The notes beneath the pieces are model-generated. The model had not been told where the DNA came from and did not search any database. It saw nothing but the letters and a program-made list of their open reading frames with translations. A program made the translations under genes and the position numbers. Positions 1-7,366 of a DNA stretch of 64,000 bases are shown here, in pieces; positions within the stretch are counted from its first letter, which is position 1; each line of letters opens with the position of its first letter. Source of the stretch: an uncultured Alphaproteobacteria bacterium (GTDB lineage Bacteria; Pseudomonadota; Alphaproteobacteria; Rhizobiales; Xanthobacteraceae); contig CAVPZI010000009.1 in assembly GCA_963710235.1 (NCBI GenBank), positions 119,417 through 183,416 on the forward strand. The letters run 5' to 3'.

Positions 1-91
1 CCGCAACGGGTGCATCGGAGGTTTGCGCTGAGGCCGTTGAGACGACAAGTCCGGCCAAAACCACGACAGCCATCATGCTGGGGAATTTCAT
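1..91 (-). CDS. 5' end of an exported-protein gene that runs off the left edge (only the signal peptide is visible)
   Basis: Minus-strand ATG at 91 gives MKFPSMMAVVVLAGLVVSTASAQTSDAPVA..., a Sec-type signal peptide. The frame stays open to position 1. Confidence 0.4.
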   Translation of the reverse strand, partial: MKFPSMMAVVVLAGLVVSTASAQTSDAPVA

Positions 92-283
92 GATCGGTTT
101 CCTTCCCTGCAGTTGCCGGCGTCATTGCGGTGCGCGCGGCTTGAGGGGGGCAGTATAGGCGGACGGATGCAGGCCGCAACCGGCGCTGGAGGCGACCAGC
201 ACCGCGCGAAATCGAGCATTGTGGCGCCGCGTGTCACATGGGCGTTGGATTTCGCATGGCAAGATCAGGCACACGCGCGCGTG

Positions 284-1051
284 ATGCTGCATGGCGTACG
301 GCAAATGATCATGGCGACGCATGGACGACCTGCGCTGCGGATTTCGAACATCGCGGCGGCGTTTCTGGTCATTTCCCTGCTCGGCGGCGCCGTGACCGGC
401 ATCGCGCCGGGCCATGCGGCCGGGCAGCGACAAGCCGACGAACCGTTCGGTCTCGTGCCCTACCCCGCTCCCGAAGGGGCGCTATGGGCCAGGTGGCGCG
501 CCATTCAAGCCGACATGGACGCCGACGCGGAGCTGCTGGCGGCGTGCCGTGCCGATCCGCCCGGCTGTCCCTCGCCCGCGGCGGTGCGGTTTCTGAGGAT
601 CGTCGCCGATGCCAGTCGATGGCAGGGCGCCGCGCGCCTCGACGCCGTCAATCAGGCGCTCAACGCGGCGATCCGCTGGCGATACGGCGCTACGGAGCCG
701 TGGACGGCGCCGCTCGCCACACTCGTCGCCGGTCGCGGCGATTGCATGGATTTTTCCATCGCGAAATACCTCGCCCTGCGCGAGGCCCGCGTGGCGGCGG
801 ATGACTTGCGGATCCTGATCGTATGGGACGATCTGGCGCGGCAGTACCACGCGGTGCTTGCCGCGCGCGACCAGCGGCGCTGGCTGATCCTAGACAATCG
901 CATTACGGTGCTTGGCGAGGACGTCGAATTCCGGAATTTCCTGCCGCTTTTTGCCATCAGCGACCAGGGGGTGAGGCAATTCAGTCCGCCCTCCCCATTC
1001 AGGATTATCGACCGACTGGCTGGCAGTACCGTCCTCAGCAGCGCCAACTGA
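284..1051 (+). CDS. Transglutaminase-like cysteine peptidase, BTLCP/LapG type (PF06035-like), with N-terminal signal/anchor
   Basis: ORF 113..1051. Triad-like motifs GRGDCMDFSIAKY (Cys), QYHAVLA (His), WLILDN (Asp). Hydrophobic ISNIAAAFLVISLLGGAV. Start ambiguous (ATG 284/305/311; ORF opens at 113). Confidence 0.8.
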   Translation: MLHGVRQMIMATHGRPALRISNIAAAFLVISLLGGAVTGIAPGHAAGQRQADEPFGLVPYPAPEGALWARWRAIQADMDADAELLAACRADPPGCPSPAAVRFLRIVADASRWQGAARLDAVNQALNAAIRWRYGATEPWTAPLATLVAGRGDCMDFSIAKYLALREARVAADDLRILIVWDDLARQYHAVLAARDQRRWLILDNRITVLGEDVEFRNFLPLFAISDQGVRQFSPPSPFRIIDRLAGSTVLSSAN

Positions 1052-1169
1052 TCTTCGCCTCGCGGGCCCCCGGGGGCGGAGATGGCTCGGGCGGGCAATG
1101 TGACGTGCATCACTTTTCTGGGAGGTGCAGAGTGCGATATTGATGCTGCTTGAACCGGAGGACCACGCC

Positions 1170-1367
1170 ATGGACGATCGCGGACTCGATCTGGAAAAAA
1201 CGCCCAAGCTCACTGAGGCTTCGCACACCGGCGTCAAGGCAGAACTCAGCGAAGCCGAGCTGGCGAATGTGACGGGCGGCGGCGACGCGGCACCGAAGGC
1301 CTCGAGCAGCCTGGCTTTGCATTGCTGCACCGGCAAACATATCGCGACGGGCAAGATCACCGTCTGA
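1170..1367 (+). CDS. 65-aa precursor-like peptide: double-glycine leader plus 28-aa Cys-Cys core
   Basis: GGAGGA 8 nt upstream of ATG 1170. Leader ...AELSEAELANVTGG matches L-S-x-x-E-L-x-x-(I/V)-x-G-G exactly. Core GDAAPKASSSLALHCCTGKHIATGKITV. G/C-rich third positions; terminator follows. Confidence 0.6.
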   Translation: MDDRGLDLEKTPKLTEASHTGVKAELSEAELANVTGGGDAAPKASSSLALHCCTGKHIATGKITV

Positions 1368-1384
1368 TCAAGTAAGCAAAAGAA

Positions 1385-1412
1385 CCGGCCTCCTTGCGAA
1401 GGCCGGCTTCTT
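1385..1412. terminator. Bidirectional rho-independent terminator between convergent genes
   Basis: CCGGCCT-ccttgcga-AGGCCGG hairpin. T-rich tract on both strands (cttcttcatt on plus, ttcttttgctt on minus). Confidence 0.6.
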
Positions 1413-1430
1413 CATTCGATGCGGCGCCGC

Positions 1431-2585
1431 CTACTCGCCGGCGGGAACGTACTTGCCGTTCTTCACGGTCAGGATGATGCGGGCGCGATCGTCCAAGCCA
1501 TAACGGTCGGTTTCCGTGAAATTGTAGACGCCCTGGCTCGCCGGAATCTCGCGCTCGGTCAGGAACGCCTTGCGGATCGCTTCGCGGAATTCCGGCGTGC
1601 CCGGCTTGCCGCTCTTCAGCGCCACCGGGATGACGCGCTTGAGCACTTCAAACGCGTCGAAGGAATGGCCGGCGAACTGGCTGCGGCTGTTGGGGCCGTA
1701 TTTGGCCTCATAGGCGGTGTTCAGCGCCAGACCGGGCTTCTTGGTCAAAGCCGTGTCGGGCTGGCCTTCCGGGTTCATCACCGGACCCGATGCCATGATC
1801 ACGCCTTCGGCGGCAGGACCGGCGATGCGGATGAAGTCCATGCTGGCGGCGCCGTGGGTCTGGTAGATCAGGCCCTTGTAGCCGCGCTCGCGCAGCGCGG
1901 TCTGCGGCAGCGCCGCCGCGGTGCCGGAGGCGCCGACCAGGATGGCATCCGGATTGGCGGCCACCAGCTTCAGCACCTGGCCCGCCACCGAGGTATCCGG
2001 CCGCGCGAAGCGCTCCTCGTCGACGATGGAGAGGCCCATCGGCTCGCCCTGCTTCTTGATGTCGTTGAACCACAGGTCGCCGTAACTGTCGGAATAGCCG
2101 ATATAGCCGACGGTCTTGATGTTGTGCGCCTTCATGTGCTGGTACAGCACCTTGCCCATGATCGGCACCGGCTGCGGCATGTCGACCGACCACTTGGCGC
2201 GCTCGGGCGTAATCGGGAACGGGGCCAGGCCGAAATGCGGAATGCCGGCCTCGTTGGCCACGGTGGAGACCGCGGTGGTCGGCGGCGTGGTCGCCGAGCC
2301 CATGATGATGTCGGCCTTGGATTCGGTAACGAAGCGCCGCGCGTTGTTGGTGGCGTTGGTGACATCGCCGCCGTCGTCGAGCACGATCACCTTGAGCGGC
2401 ACGCCGCCGATTTCCTTGGGCACGAATTCGAGCGCGTTGCGCTCGGGAATGCCCAGCGCCGCCGCCGGCCCCGTGGTGGTGGTGGTGATGCCGATGACGA
2501 TTTCATTGGTCTGCGCCAGCGCCGGAGCACTGAGGCCGACAACCGCTGCGAGTGCCGCGGCGGACAGGTAAAACTTCTTCATCAA
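1431..2585 (-). CDS. ABC transporter substrate-binding protein, LivJ/branched-chain-amino-acid type (possibly aromatic-acid binding)
   Basis: 384 aa. Signal peptide MMKKFYLSAAALAAVVGLSAPALAQ, then IVIGITTTTTGPAAALG, typical of type-I periplasmic binding proteins. No permease or ATPase gene adjacent. Confidence 0.85.
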   Translation of the reverse strand: MMKKFYLSAAALAAVVGLSAPALAQTNEIVIGITTTTTGPAAALGIPERNALEFVPKEIGGVPLKVIVLDDGGDVTNATNNARRFVTESKADIIMGSATTPPTTAVSTVANEAGIPHFGLAPFPITPERAKWSVDMPQPVPIMGKVLYQHMKAHNIKTVGYIGYSDSYGDLWFNDIKKQGEPMGLSIVDEERFARPDTSVAGQVLKLVAANPDAILVGASGTAAALPQTALRERGYKGLIYQTHGAASMDFIRIAGPAAEGVIMASGPVMNPEGQPDTALTKKPGLALNTAYEAKYGPNSRSQFAGHSFDAFEVLKRVIPVALKSGKPGTPEFREAIRKAFLTEREIPASQGVYNFTETDRYGLDDRARIILTVKNGKYVPAGE

Positions 2586-2665
2586 TTCCTCCCTTTGGTG
2601 TTCTGTGGTTCAGTCTAGATCAGTTGATTGCGGGATTTAGCCCCTTCTTTAGGTCATGCCGGGTT

Positions 2666-3085
2666 TCACCCCTGCATGAATTTCGCCTTGATTTCCTCCG
2701 GTATGGGCGCCGATTTCAGCCGACCGGGATCATCCGGATGGCGTCCGACCAGGACCCTTGTCTCGAACGCCTCGATGGCCAGCGCGGTGCCCTTGAACAC
2801 CTTGTGGGTGACCTCGAAGCTGGAGCGGTTGAACTTCTCGACCCGGCTTTCGATGGTGATCCAGTCGCCGTGGGTCGAGGCGATATGGAATTTGGCGCGG
2901 GTGTCCACCATCGGAATCCCGACCAGGCCGTAACGCTTGATGATGTCCTGCTTCGAAAACCCGGCGGCCTCGAACATGATCGAGGTGGAGTCGTCGAACA
3001 TGGCGAAGTAGCGCGGGTAATACACGATGTTGGCGGGGTCGCAATCGCCCCACTGGATCTGCACATCGCGGCGGTGGACGAACAT
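2666..3085 (-). CDS. Acyl-CoA thioesterase, 4HBT/YbgC hotdog family
   Basis: 139 aa. VQIQWGDCDPANIVYYPRYFAMFD is the hotdog thioesterase N-terminal signature. Confidence 0.8.
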   Translation of the reverse strand: MFVHRRDVQIQWGDCDPANIVYYPRYFAMFDDSTSIMFEAAGFSKQDIIKRYGLVGIPMVDTRAKFHIASTHGDWITIESRVEKFNRSSFEVTHKVFKGTALAIEAFETRVLVGRHPDDPGRLKSAPIPEEIKAKFMQG

Positions 3086-3094
3086 ACGATACCC

Positions 3095-3868
3095 TCAGCG
3101 CGGCGCCATGCGCAGCGAGGCATCGAGCCGCACCACTTCGCCGTTGAGATACGGGTTGTCGATCATGTGCAGCGCGAGCGAGGCGAACTCGTCGGCGTGG
3201 CCGAGCCGGCGCGGGAACGGGATCGCCGCGGCCAGCGAGTCCTGGGCTTCCTGCGGCAGATTGGCCAATAGCGGGGTGAGGAACAGGCCGGGGGCGATGG
3301 TGAGGACGCGGATGCCGAACTGCGCGAGTTCGCGCGCGATCGGCAGCGTCATGGCGACGATGCCGCCCTTGGAGGCCGAGTAGGCCGACTGGCCGATCTG
3401 GCCGTCATAGGCCGCCACCGATGCGGTGGAGATGACGACGCCGCGCTCGCCGCCCTCCAGCGGTTCGAGCTTCGACATCTCGTTGGTGGCGAGCCGCAGC
3501 ATGTTGAACGAACCGATCAGGTTGACGCGGATCACCTTCTCGAAATCCGACAGCGCCATCGGCCCGTCGCGGCCGACCACGCGCTTGGCGACGCCGATGC
3601 CGGCGCAATTCACCAGCACCCGCGCCGGGCCGTGGGCTTTTGCCGCAGCGACGATGGCGGTCTCGGCGGACGCAGCATCCGAGACGTCGCAGGTCACCGC
3701 GACGCCGCCGATCTCGGCCGCCACGGTCTCGGCGAGTTTGGTGTTGAGGTCGACCACCGCGACCTTGGCGCCAAGCGAAGCGAGCTTGCGGGCGGTGGCG
3801 GCGCCGAGGCCCGATGCCCCGCCGGTGACGATGGCGGCTTGTCCCTTGAGTTGCATGGCTTCCTCCAA
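3095..3868 (-). CDS. SDR family 3-hydroxyacyl-CoA dehydrogenase
   Basis: AIVTGGASGLGAATA Rossmann motif (TGxxxGxG), YSASKGG catalytic motif. Alternative start MQLKG at 3856. Confidence 0.85.
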   Translation of the reverse strand: MEEAMQLKGQAAIVTGGASGLGAATARKLASLGAKVAVVDLNTKLAETVAAEIGGVAVTCDVSDAASAETAIVAAAKAHGPARVLVNCAGIGVAKRVVGRDGPMALSDFEKVIRVNLIGSFNMLRLATNEMSKLEPLEGGERGVVISTASVAAYDGQIGQSAYSASKGGIVAMTLPIARELAQFGIRVLTIAPGLFLTPLLANLPQEAQDSLAAAIPFPRRLGHADEFASLALHMIDNPYLNGEVVRLDASLRMAPR

Positions 3869-3901
3869 TTCGATGGCCGTGCTGGTGACGGCTGATAGAT
3901 G

Positions 3902-5803
3902 TCAGGCGGGTACGATCACGTGAGCGGCGGGTGCGTTCGAATAGATGGCTTCGATCAGATCGGCGCGGTGGTCGAGCACGGCGCGCTGGTTGACCGAACC
4001 CTTGTCGGTAACCTCGCCGCGGTCGATGGACAGCGGCGTGTCGAGCAGGACCGCGCGGGTGATCCGGGTCGAGGATCCGGTTGATTCGCGCAGGAATTTC
4101 GTCAGCCGTTCGGCAAAGGCGGCGCGAATGACCGGATCGGCCGCCGCGGCGGCGAGATCATCAGCGGGCAGCGCCGGATTGACCACGCGGCAGCCGTCGA
4201 GATCGAGAATCACCAGCGCCGAGATTTCGTCGCGGTTGATGCCGGCGATCACCACGTCGCGCACCAGCGGCGCGCCTGACGCGATCAGCCGCGCCCGCAA
4301 CGGCCCGACACTGACCCAGGTGCCGCTGGCGAGCTTGAAATCCTCCGAAATGCGGCCGTCGAAATCGAAGCCGGCGTGCAGGTTTTGCGGATCGACCGGC
4401 TTGAGCGCATCGCCGAACTTGTAAAAGCCCTCGTCGTCGAACGCCTTGGCGGTCAACTCCGGCTGGCGCCAGTAGCCCGGGGTGACGTTCGGTCCCCTGG
4501 CGCGCACTTCCAGCTTGCCGTCGTTGGGCACCAGCTTGGCGTCGTTGCCGAGCACCGGCAGGCCGACATGGCCGGAGCGGCTGGTCTCAGGCTTCACCGA
4601 CATGAAGAACGGCGCGGTTTCGGTGGCGCCGAGCCCGGTCAGCATCGGCACCCGCAGGCCGGTCTCCTGCACCGATAACTCGTCGAGCGCGTTCCAGATA
4701 TAGGGCGACAGTCCCGCACCGGAGAAGAACATCGCGTGCAGGCGGTGGAAGAATTTCTTTCGCAAGGCGGTGTCCTCGCGAAAATACGGCAGCAGCAACT
4801 CGTAGCCCTTGGGAACGTTGAAATAGACCGTCGGCGAGATCTCGCGCAGGTTGCGAATGGTCTGGGCGATGCCGGACGGCGTCGGCTTGCCTTCGTCGAG
4901 ATACATCGAGCCGCCATTGTAGAGCGTCAGCCCGATATTGTGGTTGCCGCCAAAGGTGTGGTTCCACGGCAGCCAGTCGATGATGACCGGCGGCTCGTCC
5001 TTCAGGAACGCCAGGGTCTCGCGCAGCATCACCTGGTTGGCGCAGATCATGCGCTGGGTGTTGATCACGGCCTTGGGGTTACCGGTCGAGCCGGAGGTCA
5101 AAAGAAACTTTGCAACGGTATCGGGACCGATGGCGGCGTGCGCCGCGTCGAGGCTCGCGTGCTCGGGCGTTGCCAGCAATTCGGCGAGCGCGGTGACGCG
5201 ATGGCCCGACATCTCGCCACGCGAGGCGACGACCTCGGTGACCAGCGGCACGTTGGCGCGCACCGCATCGGCGAACACCGAGGCGTCCTCACAGAACACC
5301 AGGCCCGGCGTCATCAGCCGCATCAGGTAGCCGAGCTTGCCGTAGTCCTTCGAGACCAGCGAATAGGCCGGCGACACCGGGCAGAACGGAATGCCGGCAT
5401 AGAGCGCGCCGAACGCGATCAGCGCATGGTCGATGGAATTGCCGGACAGGATGACCACCGGCTTGTCGGCCGACAGACCCCGCGCCAGCAGCGCCGAGGC
5501 GATGCTACGGGTAGATGCGAAGAGTTGCGCGTAGGTGATCTGGCGCCAGCTGCCGCTGGCGTCGCGCTCCGCCATGAAGACGCGATCGGGCGCCGTCTTC
5601 ACCCAATGATGCAGGCGATCGGTAAGCCGGACCGGGTAATCGCCGAGCGCGCGTTTCGGCCGCAGATAAATCGTGCCGTCGTCGCGGCGGTCGATCGTGA
5701 CTTCAGGTGAGCCGAACGAGATCGGCCGCAGCGGATGACCCCCCGGCGGGCGCCGCGGCGCCTCGCTCTTCTCCACAGGTCGTGGGGTCGGGTTCGTGCT
5801 CAT
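3902..5803 (-). CDS. fcs: Feruloyl-CoA synthase-like AMP-dependent acyl-CoA ligase
   Basis: 633 aa. AMP-binding motif LLTSGSTGNPKAV, plus GYWRQPELT and DGRISEDFKL. Size and context match feruloyl-CoA synthases. Confidence 0.8.
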   Translation of the reverse strand: MSTNPTPRPVEKSEAPRRPPGGHPLRPISFGSPEVTIDRRDDGTIYLRPKRALGDYPVRLTDRLHHWVKTAPDRVFMAERDASGSWRQITYAQLFASTRSIASALLARGLSADKPVVILSGNSIDHALIAFGALYAGIPFCPVSPAYSLVSKDYGKLGYLMRLMTPGLVFCEDASVFADAVRANVPLVTEVVASRGEMSGHRVTALAELLATPEHASLDAAHAAIGPDTVAKFLLTSGSTGNPKAVINTQRMICANQVMLRETLAFLKDEPPVIIDWLPWNHTFGGNHNIGLTLYNGGSMYLDEGKPTPSGIAQTIRNLREISPTVYFNVPKGYELLLPYFREDTALRKKFFHRLHAMFFSGAGLSPYIWNALDELSVQETGLRVPMLTGLGATETAPFFMSVKPETSRSGHVGLPVLGNDAKLVPNDGKLEVRARGPNVTPGYWRQPELTAKAFDDEGFYKFGDALKPVDPQNLHAGFDFDGRISEDFKLASGTWVSVGPLRARLIASGAPLVRDVVIAGINRDEISALVILDLDGCRVVNPALPADDLAAAAADPVIRAAFAERLTKFLRESTGSSTRITRAVLLDTPLSIDRGEVTDKGSVNQRAVLDHRADLIEAIYSNAPAAHVIVPA

Positions 5804-5804
5804 G

Positions 5805-6604
5805 TCAGGACGGTTTTACCTTGGCGGTCTTGCGATCAAGGAACGCCCGGATCCGGGTCTTGGCTTCCTGGTCGCTCTGCGCCACCGTCGCCATCAGCGA
5901 TTCCATCAAGAGGCCGGTCTGCGGATTGGCTTCGGCGATCATCGGCAGCGCCTGCAGCACCGCGAAATTGGTCAGCGGCGCATTGTTCGCCACCTGCGCG
6001 GCCAGTTCCATGGCCTTGTCGAACGCGCCACCCTCACTGGTGAGGTATTGCGAAAAACCGAGCGGCACGCCCTCGGCCGCGGAATAGACCCGGCCGGTCA
6101 GCATCATGTCGGCCATCCGCGCCACCCCGATCAGGCGCGGCAGCCGCACCGAGCCGCCGCCGCCGACGAAGATGCCGCGCTGGCCTTCAGGCAGCGCGTA
6201 ATAGGCGGAGGGTTCGGCAACGCGGATGTGGGTGGCGCAGGCAAGCTCGAGCCCGCCGCCGATCACCGCGCCCTTCAGCGCCGAGATCACCGGCACCCGG
6301 CAGTATTGAATCCGGTCGAACACGCGGTGCCACATCTGCGAATGCACCAGGCCCGCGGTGGCATCGCGTTCGGTCAGTTCGGACAGATCGAGCCCGGCGG
6401 AAAAATGCGCGCCGATGCCATGGACCACGACCGCCCTGACGTCGTCGGGAACCGCGGAAAAGACCTGCTGGATTTCCTGGATGATGCCGTCATTGAGCGC
6501 ATTGCGCTTGGCCGGGCGGTTGAGGCCGATGGTCAGAACGGCGCCGGCCGCTCGACGGAGAGCAGCGCGGAGTCAGCTGTGGTCGCAGCGGCGGCGTTTC
6601 CCAT
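5805..6604 (-). pseudogene. Enoyl-CoA hydratase (crotonase) with an apparent 1-nt deletion near the 5' end
   Basis: Crotonase body is in frame 5805..6428+ (ALKGAVIGGGLELA). ATG 6604 gives MGNAAAATTADSALLSVERPAPF* in another frame. The downstream frame reads AGAVLTIGLNRPAKRNALNDG, so the switch lies around 6533-6550. Confidence 0.7.
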
Positions 6605-6828
6605 GGGCGGTAATTATGTCCTGTGCAGAATAATTATATTTTATAACGAATTCGGCGGGAGTCAAGGTGCCGACGTCATCTTACCCCCGCTGTGGCGGCA
6701 GGGTCGAACCCGGCGGCCGGGGCCCCGACTTCGGTCCGGCAATGGCTCATCCGCGCTCCCCAACCGACCGAGGCCGCCCCGCACCCTGCCCCGCCGCGCG
6801 ACGCAAAGACCGAAGTTTCCTGGCAGAT

Positions 6829-6842
6829 TTGATTCACCTCAA
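6829..6842. promoter_or_regulatory. FixK/FNR-type box TTGATTCACCTCAA
   Basis: TTGA-N6-TCAA palindrome, 111 bp upstream of the phasin ATG. Confidence 0.6.
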
Positions 6843-6952
6843 GCACACGCGATCTGCCGGCGATTAATGATGACTTATCTTCCGTGCATCCTGCACGGAA
6901 CGGCCAAAGGGTAAAACGTACGGTTTAAAATTACCCAGAATCGGAGGCCATC

Positions 6953-7321
6953 ATGCTGGAATTCTACGAACCCGGTGCCGCGCTTGTCGAAAACGCGGTC
7001 GCTCAGAACGTGGCGCGGTTGAGCTCGACAAACAGGTCCGCCCTCGACTTTGCGTTCGGGGTGCAAAAGGCGATCCTCGATCAGATGATCTTCGCCGGCA
7101 ACGATATGCTGGACCGCATTCAGACCGAGACGCACCTGTTCAACGAATTCTCGTCGAAAATGGCGGAAGCGCATTCGGTCAAGAACCTGAAGACGATGTG
7201 CGAGGAATGCGCCGCGCATCAGATCGCATTCGTTCGTCGCGACAGCGAACGGATCTTCAAACATGGCGAGCGGATGATCGAGGCCACGGCGGGTCTGTTG
7301 CAGAACCGACCGCAGATCTGA
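6953..7321 (+). CDS. phaP: Phasin family protein (PHA granule-associated)
   Basis: 122 aa. Helical, low-complexity phasin-like sequence directly upstream of the PHA synthase. GGAGG RBS before the ATG. Confidence 0.7.
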   Translation: MLEFYEPGAALVENAVAQNVARLSSTNRSALDFAFGVQKAILDQMIFAGNDMLDRIQTETHLFNEFSSKMAEAHSVKNLKTMCEECAAHQIAFVRRDSERIFKHGERMIEATAGLLQNRPQI

Positions 7322-7366
7322 TCGGATCTGGGGACTGCGGCGGTTCGAACTGCGACAACGGCTGCT

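Noticed and set aside
113-1051. Interpreting the BTLCP as a canonical LapG of a LapA/LapD biofilm switch.
   Set aside because: No LapD (GGDEF/EAL), giant adhesin or type I secretion genes are visible in the window. The left flank is unseen, so this remains open rather than supported.
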